From an uncultured Poribacteria bacterium (GTDB lineage Bacteria > Poribacteria > WGA-4E > WGA-3G): a DNA stretch of 64,000 nt. A model generated the notes under the pieces. It searched no databases. It saw only the letters and a list, made by a program, of their open reading frames with translations, and had not been told where the DNA came from. Shown here in pieces: positions 47,731 through 57,521 of the stretch (the first letter of the stretch is position 1; each line of letters starts with the position of its first letter). The DNA lies in the NCBI GenBank assembly GCA_958296135.2, contig CATQHZ020000001.1, positions 4,160,001-4,224,000 on the forward strand, given 5' to 3'. Position numbers and translations under genes: made by a program.

Positions 47731-47759
47731 AGTATACCATGCAAAAGTGGTATCGTCAA
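47731..47759 (-). promoter_or_regulatory. Promoter with inverted-repeat operator for the TA pair
   Basis: TTGACG-N17-TATACT; inverted repeat ATACCA-N8-TGGTAT (47734-47753) spans the spacer. Confidence 0.6.
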
Positions 47760-47775
47760 AAAAAGCGGAGGCACC

Positions 47776-50700
47776 TTATCCTTGGAATTCGGCACCGAGT
47801 TCCGCGCTGTTATTTTTCACAGAACGCGCGGTGTTCTCCGAGAACCCATCGGCCTTGTCTGCCGTGACGATAACCTCCACAGTCACCTCGCCGCCATCGT
47901 CGTGCAAAGCGCGGGCAATCTCACTCTGTAGGAATTCGATATCCTCCCTGAAATCTATCTCCAATTGCAGCGTTTTAGTGACGACAACGCGCCTCGGCCC
48001 GGTCATCTCTGCGGAGTCGGCCTCTGGGAGCACTCTCACCAGCGGTTCTTCGGGCTCCGGTTCAGGAACCGGCTCCTCCATCAGCAATTTCGCCATTTCG
48101 GGACTTATCAGCACGGCGGCACTCCCCTCGCCTATTCTGACAGCTCCCGACACCGGTTCGAGAAACCGGTGGTTTACGTAGTTTCCATCTTCATACGCCT
48201 GTGCGTATCCGAAGTGACCCTCCGCCACCCCGGCTCGGATGCATCGGATGAGGACATCCGGGCTTTTCAGGCGTGGCATGTAAAGGTGACGCGCCATGAA
48301 CTCCCAAAGCGTATCCAGCACAATATGCTCCTGATAATTCTCGCTGGACCAGATATATCGGCTCAGCATGTCTGCGAATAACGCCGGTGCCATATCCGTG
48401 ATGATTGTCTCGTCCTTTTCAAACTGTTTGCGCGCATGCCAGAGAATCCGGCCATCATCGGGGCTAATCTCCGTTTCAGTGATGTGGTATTCATCCTTCC
48501 TCGGGTTCTCTTGCGATGGCACCAACAAACGTCGATACGTCTTGAACAACCGCTCCCTCGCCGCATCGTCAGTTACCTGCACATTATCTACCGTCTGGTC
48601 AAAGCGCGCATCTTTCAGGTTTGGCACAGCGGAGTAGAGTTCGTGCCCGTTGAGGATAGAATCCCAAGCGAGGTAGCTTCTGACGATATTTTCCAACTCT
48701 CGGATATTGCCGCGCCGCGCGCCGATGAAGAGAAGCGTATTCCGATAGGCGCGCTGCGTCTCGTCAGAACCGCGGTACCGGAGAATATGCTCCACTTCCG
48801 CCCGCGCCGTATCCGAATCTGTGTGCCGGCTCGGTAGAAGGCGATGCGGCGGCAAAATCACAATCTGGAGCCTATCCGAATCCGGCACCTCCCGCGGCGA
48901 TGTCGGACAGACGTGAGCCCCCGGGTCCCTCCCCACAGTTTTATTCAGCATCTCAATGATATGTCCATGCACATCTCCCTCCGTGAATCCCTTCGACCGG
49001 TCGACTGCCACCTTAGTGAGGTTTTCCTCGGCGTGGAAATAATACCGGTCGTCCAGATTATAGAGGAAATAGAGCGCGTTGCTCATGCGGTGGAGCGCGT
49101 CGTTGTAAACCGAAACGCTCTGCCCCGGCAGCACGGTGCCGAGGTGAATGCTCCGGATATTAATGCCTTTGACGGCACCACTCGGCGCGCTGCCGAAGAA
49201 TACCGTGCGCGCAACGCGCCGCGCCGCCCCACCCATATCAAGAAACGATTGACTCGCGCTGTCAATCCGGTCTGTCAAACCACCATCGCTATCAACTTCG
49301 GTGATGACAGGAGGCCACTGGCCGCCTTGGCGGCTCAGCAGCCCCGTAAATTCGTCCGCAAGCGACGGATCGCTCAAGGTGAGGTCTGCAGGCATTATCA
49401 TCGGCGAACGGTTCTCCCGCTGATAGAGGCGGCTAATACAATTCGCCATGATGCGCAGGACACCGCGCGTACGCTGGAAACCGGGCACAGCACCCCAATC
49501 CGAATGGAGCCTGTCGAAGACCTCGGGATGAATCGGGTAGCAGTCCTTCATCCGCTGAAGGTATTTTGCATCGCTGACATTGTCGGGGTATTCACGGCGC
49601 GCATTCTGGTAGTGCTTTCGGAACGCCTCACACGTCAAATCGCGAGCATCCTCGTCAATCTCGCTGCCGAACAGCCGGCGGCGCACCACCTCAAACGCCT
49701 CGTTAATCTCTAACGGTGCCCAGACGTTCTCAATCCGTTCAAAGATTTCCTCAACAACGTTCGCTTCCTGGCCCGCGTCTTCTTCCTTACCGCTCTCGTC
49801 AGGGCGAATGTCTATATCCGCCTGTTCCGCCAGGAGTTCCTCGAGTTTCTGGAGTGCCTCGTTGCCGGCTGCCGCGCCTGCCTGCGTCTGGCTCTCTGGC
49901 AACGTCACAACCAGCGCGATGTGCTCACAGCGGCGCACCGACTCGGTCAGCGTCTGGAGGAAGGTATAGATGCTATCTTGCGTAACACCTGTGACATTGC
50001 GGACATACGCAACCAGCTCATCGATTAAGATGACAGACGGACCGACTTTCTCAAAGAGAGCATCCAACTGCTTGCCACCGGGGGAGATGCCCTGCCGCGC
50101 CGCTTCACCGATGATGTCGTAAGCATCTTGTCCGCCAAGTTGATTCGCCATCATGCCCCAGAGGGTGTTGAGCGGCTCGCCGCGCTTTGTCGCATCGGCA
50201 TCCGTGGTGGAGAGGTAAGTGCCGACAAGCACAGAGACGTTTGCATCGATACCCATCGCCGGATGCCATTCGGCTTCCTGCATGATGTCGTGAATTTCCG
50301 CGCGCAGGCGGGCGTATGTGTCTTCCGGCAGCGTGGTGAGAATTTCCGCACTCGTCACGAGGTGATAGAGCGCAATGAGGCTGTGCGTCTTGCCACCGCC
50401 GAACCCTGTCTTCATCTGGATAACTGGTTCGCCGCCCTGGTTTCCGCTGAGCCGCCGCAAAGTATTAACGATTAATCCGCGGAGCCCCGGCGTAATGTAC
50501 GTTTGGTTGAAAAAAATCTCCGCCTCGCCGTACTCCGCCGTCTTCGCTCTGCCTTCGTAGACTTCCTGCAAGTCCGCCGCGAATTCGGATTTCCGGAAGG
50601 TGCCGGTGATGACATCCTCGTTGGGACGAATCACATCTCGCCAAGCGGGAAGCTCGACACCCTTTCTCCGGTTTTTTGTTTTTCGCACAGCATTGTTTGG

Positions 50701-51195
50701 CTGCTTCTGTCCTGATGACGTTGGATTAGCAGACCGGATTGACGTTGTCAATGCTGGCATGTCTGTCCCCTTTTGTTGTTTTTCGTGCTCTTCGATGAGA
50801 TTATCACGTATCCCCTCAACTTGTTGTCTTTCGATGGGACAATTGATTGCGCCAAGCATATAGGCAATATCATTGAGGCGCGCGCGGGTATCCTCCCGGT
50901 CCAAGTCGCCTGCCCCGGGGTGCGCCGAGAGGTTCCGCGCGTCCGCTATCATGCCGACACGGCTGCGGATATCCCGCTCGGTGTTGAACTGCAGCGCGAA
51001 GACATCGTCCCAATATCTCCTGATGCAGTGTGCGAAATCGCCCACATCTAACGGACTCCTCTCTTCGGAGAGCTCTTCCACCGTCGTGCCGCGAACCTGC
51101 TTGAGACACCGCCTCAGGAACGGGCGCATCGCCTCGCGATAGATGTTCAGCGCGCGATTGAGGGTTTCTTGGTTCGGGTATTTGGATTGATTCAC
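47776..51195 (-). CDS. DUF499 AAA+ ATPase with N-terminal Swt1-like HEPN domain
   Basis: AGGAGG RBS and GTG 51195; HEPN motif RNLSAH; WRDVIRP..DV...EFAADL; Walker A FGGGKTH; Walker B ILIDELVAY; YPIHPE; FQRTRGVLR. Confidence 0.88.
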   Translation of the reverse strand: MNQSKYPNQETLNRALNIYREAMRPFLRRCLKQVRGTTVEELSEERSPLDVGDFAHCIRRYWDDVFALQFNTERDIRSRVGMIADARNLSAHPGAGDLDREDTRARLNDIAYMLGAINCPIERQQVEGIRDNLIEEHEKQQKGTDMPALTTSIRSANPTSSGQKQPNNAVRKTKNRRKGVELPAWRDVIRPNEDVITGTFRKSEFAADLQEVYEGRAKTAEYGEAEIFFNQTYITPGLRGLIVNTLRRLSGNQGGEPVIQMKTGFGGGKTHSLIALYHLVTSAEILTTLPEDTYARLRAEIHDIMQEAEWHPAMGIDANVSVLVGTYLSTTDADATKRGEPLNTLWGMMANQLGGQDAYDIIGEAARQGISPGGKQLDALFEKVGPSVILIDELVAYVRNVTGVTQDSIYTFLQTLTESVRRCEHIALVVTLPESQTQAGAAAGNEALQKLEELLAEQADIDIRPDESGKEEDAGQEANVVEEIFERIENVWAPLEINEAFEVVRRRLFGSEIDEDARDLTCEAFRKHYQNARREYPDNVSDAKYLQRMKDCYPIHPEVFDRLHSDWGAVPGFQRTRGVLRIMANCISRLYQRENRSPMIMPADLTLSDPSLADEFTGLLSRQGGQWPPVITEVDSDGGLTDRIDSASQSFLDMGGAARRVARTVFFGSAPSGAVKGINIRSIHLGTVLPGQSVSVYNDALHRMSNALYFLYNLDDRYYFHAEENLTKVAVDRSKGFTEGDVHGHIIEMLNKTVGRDPGAHVCPTSPREVPDSDRLQIVILPPHRLLPSRHTDSDTARAEVEHILRYRGSDETQRAYRNTLLFIGARRGNIRELENIVRSYLAWDSILNGHELYSAVPNLKDARFDQTVDNVQVTDDAARERLFKTYRRLLVPSQENPRKDEYHITETEISPDDGRILWHARKQFEKDETIITDMAPALFADMLSRYIWSSENYQEHIVLDTLWEFMARHLYMPRLKSPDVLIRCIRAGVAEGHFGYAQAYEDGNYVNHRFLEPVSGAVRIGEGSAAVLISPEMAKLLMEEPVPEPEPEEPLVRVLPEADSAEMTGPRRVVVTKTLQLEIDFREDIEFLQSEIARALHDDGGEVTVEVIVTADKADGFSENTARSVKNNSAELGAEFQG

Positions 51196-51278
51196 GTTTT
51201 TCGTCCTCCTACAATAGGCGATTTTTGGGAATTGTATCAAAATTGTTTTTTGTATGAAGAAAAAACGTCCCGCAGCAC

Positions 51279-51302
51279 GTAGGGCGAGGGCCTGTCCCTC
51301 GC
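51279..51302 (+). repeat. Consensus family A REP-like element
   Basis: GTAGGGCGAGGGCCTGTCCCTCGC; other intergenic copies at about 1753, 16565, 17499, 17945, 60613, 63371 and 63417. Confidence 0.9.
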
Positions 51303-51322
51303 TATGCACTCCGAGCCCCGCA

Positions 51323-54300
51323 TTAAATAGGTTTCCACCATGGCGCAATTCGTGGCCGGAAGCCCCTCTGGAGTTCATCGCCGCGGCAATAATCACGAAG
51401 TCTTCTGCTGCCAAATACCTCGCGATGCGGGTTTGATTTGTGGGAGTTGCCCCATCGATACCAAAATTGATACAGGAGCGCGTGCAGTTTGGCATCGCTG
51501 TCTGGTGGGACACCGCCGAGCTCTTCCTCTTCAATCACGTGATGCCACCACAAGGCGATAGGTGAAAGTGCCGGTTTCAGTTGCTCCAAAACCGCCGAGA
51601 TGCGAAACAAATCTCTAGTTTTTAGTGCCTCGCGATAAACCTTTCTGCAGCTTCGTTCGTACTGGGCGATTTCAGCAGCCCACGCTGCGTGTTTGCGAAC
51701 CCACTCACTCGGATCGTTTGCTTGCAATGCCTTAAGCACCTGAACCGCTGCGCAGGTGCCAAACCATGGCAAAATGGAGACCCCTAGGTTGCGTTCCTTC
51801 GCGGTGTGGCTCACTAAGTATTTCTGCGTTGCCAACTGCCACAATTCGTCCTTGCCACCCTCAGTCAAAGCGGCAAGTGTCATACGCATAATGTCGTAGT
51901 CGTTTGGACTTTCTTCCAAGAGTCTGCGCCGGAATTGACGGTGTTCCGGCAAGTTGCAGTCCTTCACCCGCCAGAGCTGCGCGAGAAACGTGGCATTGTA
52001 CGTTCTGGCGTTCTCTGCCTCCCATCGGCGATAGTAGTCCATCGCAGCACTCGGTTTGAAACGGAGTAGTAAACAGAGGACTGCGTCTGTCAGGTCCAAT
52101 ACCTTTCGATGCTGTGGCCTTCGTGCGAGAAACCCCTCTGCCACTGCTGCGAGAAACCCCTCTGCCACGTCCAAGAATTCGTCTGGGTGTTGTTCGGCCC
52201 AAATCCGAAGGACATCTCTGTTGATGGTAAAGCACGATTCGGCTACCAGACCTGGGATACCCTCAGGCCCTTGAAGGATTGAACTCGGTGTCTTCAGCAG
52301 GTCGCGCCCCCACCGGGAAAATGCCGTGCGCCGGTCTGGGGAGCAGAGGAAAGAGCCCACAATTTCTGGCGGTAGGGACTTGAGTGTCTCATCCGGAGGT
52401 GCATCGTTGCCCTCATAAATAGGGACTGTGAAGAGCCAGCTGTTCTCGGCGAAAAGATGCAGGCGGAGTCTTTCATCAGTAGCAGCATGAGTCAAAAATT
52501 GATGTGGTTCCGATAACGCGAGCCAGATGAGCGGAAATGTTCCGGCCGCGTTCGGTTCTCTCCTTTTTAACGCTTTCACCGCCCGTGCAGCGGCGTTCTC
52601 TTCCATTTGGGTGCCATAGGCGTAAAGCGCACACCAGTACTCTTGCACAGACCAGACAGGCACGCCGCCGGTCATCGTGGGTTGAGCGTCGGCGGAGAGT
52701 GGCGGTAAGGCTGCCAATTGTTGCTGCGCCAAATCCCGCACCGCTGCCGGGAGCAAATATGCAAGCAAACTTGGTATTGGTTCATAGGCAATGGAGTACC
52801 GCAGCAACTCATTGTCCGCCAAAAATTCAAACCACTCCATCAATTCACCCTCGGCGGCGGAGAAAAGGAGGGTTTGGGTTAACAAACTTGCATCATGAGC
52901 AATATTCTGTGAGGACGCATCTTCTTGAGCCAGACGTTGCCGCATGCCAAGAATAGCCGCCGTGATTTTAGCACAATCGTTTGGCTGAAAAATAACGCAT
53001 TGAACGTCGTGGAGGTTATACAGCGGTGCGTTGTGTTTCAAAATGTCTACCTTGAACTCACACGCCAGTGTCGCGTAATGTTCGGGCTCGAATTTGGCCC
53101 ACCAGGGCATTAATTCCTGCATACAAGCAACCTTTAGAGTCATACTATGGTTTTGATGCCTGCCTGAATCCGGTAGGACGTAGCGCAAAACTTGCTTGAT
53201 TTGAACCAGATCCAGCTCCCTCAAAGCCGGCAAATCGGTGCGAACCGCTAATTCGCCCAGGCCAGGATAACTCTGATTCGCATTCTCGACCGGTGACTCG
53301 CTTGTGAATAACGACTCCCGCGCGCGAATCCGATCGACAAAGGGTCTGAAACGATGCTGTCGCCATTGGGCTTGCCCCTCTTTCTCTTCTGCCGAGAGGG
53401 GCCATTGTAATCTCGGCGGTAGTTCCACGAGACAAAGGGACGCCGCGAGGTGACGAACACCCGCCAAGACATCCGAATCCTCGTCGGCTTGTTCGGCTAA
53501 TGAGCACAGCGCATCTACAACCGCTTCAGTGTATCCCCAACGCATCAAGAGACTCAACGTTTTGTCAAAGTCGTGCACGTAACGGTTGTCCTCGTCACGC
53601 AGGTGTGCGGCGCACCTTGCAAGCGGTTCTAGGAATGGCGGTGCTGGCCGCTGTGAGAGTATGGAGAGGGCAGCGGCGGCTAAGCGCGTTTGCGCAGCCT
53701 CTCGCTTCCGCGTCGCTTGCGATATCGCGCCCCCTTCGCTAGGGTTCACTATTGGATTTGCTGGCGTGCGGAGCCATCGGGTAAGATATGGATGCCGATG
53801 CAGTGCTTTCTCGGGTGCCTTGCGCCAGACGGTGGCGAGCGGTACGATGAGTGCCATTTCCCGATTGGGGAAGTTGGATTCTTCAAACTGAAGTTCAACA
53901 AGGTGTGCATAGGCATCCGGATCTTCTTCCGCCCAAAAGGAGACCCGGGCTTCCGTAATTCGCGCGTTGTGACTTCCGAACCAAGCCTGCATTAACGCGG
54001 CGCGTTTTTGCGACAGTCGCTTGGGCGGGATGTCAGGCGGTGCTATCGCTGTCAGTTGTAGCGCGACAAAAAGTGCCTCGGTTCGCAACTCTTCTGAAGG
54101 AATTGGTTCAAGTTCTTGCCGGAACCGATCTGCCAACTCCCTCACGTCGGTAACGTCCGTCGCGTCAAAAATCTTGGAAAGGTAAAGTGCCCACCCGAGT
54201 ATCACGTGTTCCCGACTTAACACCGCTTGCATCTTGGAAGCCTTTGAAGCGATGCGTTGTTCTACCAAGTCTTGACGAATTTCCGAATAGCTTGGCTTGT

Positions 54301-55777
54301 CGAAGCACTCACGGAGCAGTGAATAGGAAGCATGTGGGGCTGTTTCAGCATTCCGCCACTTCGCTTCGCGTGCAAGTTTGGCCAGGATGTCCTCAGCGTC
54401 CTCGGTTCTTTGCCAATCCAGTTTTTGACGAATCTGTGGGGCTGTCCGTTCGATTTTGTCACGCAAATCCATCCACAAGACTAACTCCTTCGTCACGGAA
54501 TCAAAGGTATGCAATCGCTCCCGGAGCCGAACGCATGTCTGAAAGTATCGAGGAATGCTCGCAATCTCCCGCAAGGCATCCGGTAATTCGTCTGCAGGGA
54601 GCCCTTCTCGAGCGAGGGCTGCCGTTAATTCCGAGTCATTAAAAGCGGGAACCGAAATGTGATGGCATCCTTTCCACAAGGTGTGTTCGAAGTCCCGGTA
54701 TGCTTCCAAAGTACGTGTGGTAAACAGCATACGGATTCTGCCCTTCCATGCATCTTCGTGGGTGAAATATTCGTCCAGAATTCGCTTTGCCGCTGTAATT
54801 GCCTGCCTTTCATTGACACCGTCAAGGACAATAAGAGTTGGCTGGCACCATCTGTTTTCAACCTTCTTTTGCAACGTGACGATTTTCCGCGCCTCCCGAG
54901 AAGGATAGACGTGCTTGAAGCAAGAATGCAGCAGCTCCTGTATGGAGTTGCAATGCTCCCACTCTGGACTGTTTAACCAAAAAGTGACGACATTTTCATC
55001 CGCGCAAATGGGCTTCACTGCCTTGGCCGCGAGCCACGATTTACCGGTGCCTTCCTCGCCTTCCAGATAGCAAGGTTGGGGCGAGTTCTGCCACCATTCT
55101 TCGACGGCCGCTGCGAGGGATGGGCGCGGTATCGCTTTGGACAAGTTTATCTCATAACTGAAGCGCATGTGGTGAGCCCGATGTTCACCAAAACGCTTGC
55201 AGAGATAGGCTGCAGCATCCTTCTGAACCCGCTCGTACGTCTGAATGCCTTGTCCCAGTTTGCATCGGAGTTCCTCGATTTTCTCACGCGTTTTTGGGTC
55301 TGCCGCCTCCGCTTGAACCCACTCCGATAATGCTTTTTCGTTGGTTGCAAAGCAACCAAAGCCTTGGAGACTTTCCCAGTAGGTAACGCAGAGAGCCCCG
55401 ATGTCTGAAAGTTCATCAGACAACTCAAGGGTGACAATATCCAAGCCCGTTTCTTTTTCAACCTCCTCCAATCTATCCCGCAATTGAGCCGTATCACGGG
55501 ATACGGCTAAGACATAAACTTGGAGCTCGGACACGGTTCGTACAGCGCGGCGAATGTCTCCTTCAATTGATGATGCTTCAAAGTTTGTTGTGGTATACCG
55601 CTTGGCTTGAATCGATACCTCACCCGATAAACTTCTCGCATCGCCGCTGGGTTGGTCACCCGATCTCGCGACGACAAAAGGAATTTCAAGCGGCGATTTT
55701 AGCAATATAGCAGCGAATTCTTCAAACTCTCTAGGTTTCAAAGACTGAACGAGTTTTTTTAATTTTTGCCATTCCAT
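51323..55777 (-). CDS. Avs-like protein: Mrr-like PD-(D/E)xK nuclease + STAND NTPase + helical/HEAT C-terminus
   Basis: REFEEF..LL, GDQ..GD...IQAKRY nuclease motif; Walker A GEEGTGKS; Walker B LIVLDGVNE; TTR sensor; HEAT-like DPSEWVRKHAAWA; AAGGAG RBS. Confidence 0.75.
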   Translation of the reverse strand: MEWQKLKKLVQSLKPREFEEFAAILLKSPLEIPFVVARSGDQPSGDARSLSGEVSIQAKRYTTTNFEASSIEGDIRRAVRTVSELQVYVLAVSRDTAQLRDRLEEVEKETGLDIVTLELSDELSDIGALCVTYWESLQGFGCFATNEKALSEWVQAEAADPKTREKIEELRCKLGQGIQTYERVQKDAAAYLCKRFGEHRAHHMRFSYEINLSKAIPRPSLAAAVEEWWQNSPQPCYLEGEEGTGKSWLAAKAVKPICADENVVTFWLNSPEWEHCNSIQELLHSCFKHVYPSREARKIVTLQKKVENRWCQPTLIVLDGVNERQAITAAKRILDEYFTHEDAWKGRIRMLFTTRTLEAYRDFEHTLWKGCHHISVPAFNDSELTAALAREGLPADELPDALREIASIPRYFQTCVRLRERLHTFDSVTKELVLWMDLRDKIERTAPQIRQKLDWQRTEDAEDILAKLAREAKWRNAETAPHASYSLLRECFDKPSYSEIRQDLVEQRIASKASKMQAVLSREHVILGWALYLSKIFDATDVTDVRELADRFRQELEPIPSEELRTEALFVALQLTAIAPPDIPPKRLSQKRAALMQAWFGSHNARITEARVSFWAEEDPDAYAHLVELQFEESNFPNREMALIVPLATVWRKAPEKALHRHPYLTRWLRTPANPIVNPSEGGAISQATRKREAAQTRLAAAALSILSQRPAPPFLEPLARCAAHLRDEDNRYVHDFDKTLSLLMRWGYTEAVVDALCSLAEQADEDSDVLAGVRHLAASLCLVELPPRLQWPLSAEEKEGQAQWRQHRFRPFVDRIRARESLFTSESPVENANQSYPGLGELAVRTDLPALRELDLVQIKQVLRYVLPDSGRHQNHSMTLKVACMQELMPWWAKFEPEHYATLACEFKVDILKHNAPLYNLHDVQCVIFQPNDCAKITAAILGMRQRLAQEDASSQNIAHDASLLTQTLLFSAAEGELMEWFEFLADNELLRYSIAYEPIPSLLAYLLPAAVRDLAQQQLAALPPLSADAQPTMTGGVPVWSVQEYWCALYAYGTQMEENAAARAVKALKRREPNAAGTFPLIWLALSEPHQFLTHAATDERLRLHLFAENSWLFTVPIYEGNDAPPDETLKSLPPEIVGSFLCSPDRRTAFSRWGRDLLKTPSSILQGPEGIPGLVAESCFTINRDVLRIWAEQHPDEFLDVAEGFLAAVAEGFLARRPQHRKVLDLTDAVLCLLLRFKPSAAMDYYRRWEAENARTYNATFLAQLWRVKDCNLPEHRQFRRRLLEESPNDYDIMRMTLAALTEGGKDELWQLATQKYLVSHTAKERNLGVSILPWFGTCAAVQVLKALQANDPSEWVRKHAAWAAEIAQYERSCRKVYREALKTRDLFRISAVLEQLKPALSPIALWWHHVIEEEELGGVPPDSDAKLHALLYQFWYRWGNSHKSNPHREVFGSRRLRDYCRGDELQRGFRPRIAPWWKPI

Positions 55778-55849
55778 GTTTGTCTCCTTTAAGTAAACTC
55801 ATAACGTACCGCAATAGGCGGTGAATTTTTGCGGCGTGGGCAATCCGAT

Positions 55850-55923
55850 TAAACGCGACTCGGTTTCGTTAATAATTATATCATATTAAACGCCACTCGG
55901 TTTCGTTAATAATTATATCATAT
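55850..55923. repeat. 37-nt tandem duplication containing a TATAAT box upstream of the Avs-like gene
   Basis: TAAACGC(G/C)ACTCGGTTTCGTTAATAATTATATCATAT x2; TTGCAA-N17-TATAAT on the minus strand. Confidence 0.8.
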
Positions 55924-56026
55924 TCATGTCGAAATTGCAAGCAAAAAGACTTTTGCACCCAGGTGCCTCAGTTTCCCCGAAAACACACGCGACTGTTGAG
56001 CGAGGGCCTTCCCCTGTCATGCAGGT

Positions 56027-56130
56027 TTGCTGAGTGATGAACGCTCGCGGGGGACAGGCCCCCGCGCTACGGGAAAAAAACGGGTTGCTGAGTGATGAAC
56101 GCTCGCGGGGGACAGGCCCCCGCGCTACGG
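56027..56130. repeat. Direct repeat of a family A REP-like unit at the right edge of the defence island
   Basis: TTGCTGAGTGATGAACGCTCGCGGGGGACAGGCCCCCGCGCTACGG x2. Confidence 0.9.
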
Positions 56131-56144
56131 TAGAAGGAGCCCCT

Positions 56145-57404
56145 TTACCTTACTTGTCCATCGCCATAAATAATATACTTATAACTCGTCAACCCCTCAA
56201 GTCCCATCGGCCCGCGGGAGTGGAGCTTCTGTGTGCTAATCCCTACCTCCGCACCGAGCCCAAATTCATAGCCATCCGTGAACACCGTGCTGGCGTTGAT
56301 ATAGACAGCGGCGGAATCCACCTCCTTCAGGAACCGTTGCGCGGCGGAATAACTCTCGGTGATAATCGCATCCGAATGGTGCGAACCGTATGTCTCGATA
56401 TGCTCCACCGCGCTGCCAAGACTATCAACCACCCGCACCGAGAGGATATAGTCAAGGTATTCGGTGCGCCAATCGGTTTCAGTCGCGGGGGTGGCCTCCA
56501 GAACGAGCTGCCGCGTCCGTTCGCACCCGCGCACCTCTACCTTGGCATCGCGCAACTGCTCCCCGATAACCGGCACGAATTCTTCGGCGACTGCCTCGTG
56601 GACGAGCAGTGTCTCTACTGCATTGCAGACACCCACTTTGTAACCGACTTTCGCATTCAGGGTGATGTTGGCTGCCATGCCCAGGTCGGCGGCTTCATCG
56701 ACGTAAATATGGCAGATGCCATCCGCATGGCCAAGCACGGGGATGTCCGATTCACGCATGAGGTATTGGACGAATTCGTTGCTACCCCGCGGAATAACCA
56801 GATCGATGAATTCCGGCAGCCGGATGAGTTCACGCACGGCTTGTCTATCCGTTGTTTCCACGAACTGAATCGGGTCTGGGATGCCTTCGGCTGCCGCCGT
56901 CTCACTGAGAATACGCGCCAACACGGTATTAGAATGAATCGCTTCCGAACCACCGCGCAGGATAACGCCGTTCCCAGATTTAATGCACAGCGCGGAGACT
57001 TCCACGGTGACATCGGGACGCGACTCATACACCACGGCAACGACACCGATAGGCACGCGGATTGTGCCGATTTTGAGGCCATTCGGCCGCTCGCCCATGC
57101 TGATGATTGAACCAATCGGGTCTGGGAGTGCTGCCACTTGCCGAAGGTTGTCCACCATCCGGTCGATTTTCTTGTCGTCAAGCAGCAGCCGTTGCATGAG
57201 TGGCGCGGCGAGTCCTGTTTTCTCACCGTTACCCAGGTCTACGCGGTTTGCCGACTGAATTTCGTCTTTGGTGTTGCTGACGTTTTCCGCCATCGCTAGA
57301 AGCGCGTTATTTCGCACATCGGCGGAGCTGCGCGAGAGGACACGCATCGCGGCTTTCGCCTTTTGGGCTTTGGATTGAATCATTTGTTGGATGTTTTCAC
57401 TCAT
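56145..57404 (-). CDS. proA: Gamma-glutamyl phosphate reductase
   Basis: RVPIGVVAVVYESRP, KSGN..ILRGGSEA, GICHIYVD, CNAVETLLVH, NAST.FTDG.EFG.GAE.GISTQKLH.RGPMGL. Confidence 0.97.
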   Translation of the reverse strand: MSENIQQMIQSKAQKAKAAMRVLSRSSADVRNNALLAMAENVSNTKDEIQSANRVDLGNGEKTGLAAPLMQRLLLDDKKIDRMVDNLRQVAALPDPIGSIISMGERPNGLKIGTIRVPIGVVAVVYESRPDVTVEVSALCIKSGNGVILRGGSEAIHSNTVLARILSETAAAEGIPDPIQFVETTDRQAVRELIRLPEFIDLVIPRGSNEFVQYLMRESDIPVLGHADGICHIYVDEAADLGMAANITLNAKVGYKVGVCNAVETLLVHEAVAEEFVPVIGEQLRDAKVEVRGCERTRQLVLEATPATETDWRTEYLDYILSVRVVDSLGSAVEHIETYGSHHSDAIITESYSAAQRFLKEVDSAAVYINASTVFTDGYEFGLGAEVGISTQKLHSRGPMGLEGLTSYKYIIYGDGQVR

Positions 57405-57521
57405 CGTGTTTCCTCCACTTGGTTTGTTTGAGCTCGCCTGCGCTCAAACACGGCGAGCTAGGAAATGAACGGCTAATCTTTTCCATCGAAGATAGGCGGA
57501 TACAGACATCCGTCCTGACAC

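Noticed and set aside
51196-51534. N-terminal extension of the DUF499 ORF
   Set aside because: It overlaps the upstream gene and a REP; a strong RBS supports GTG 51195.
56034-57110. 358-aa plus-strand ORF
   Set aside because: Antisense shadow of proA beginning in REP repeats.
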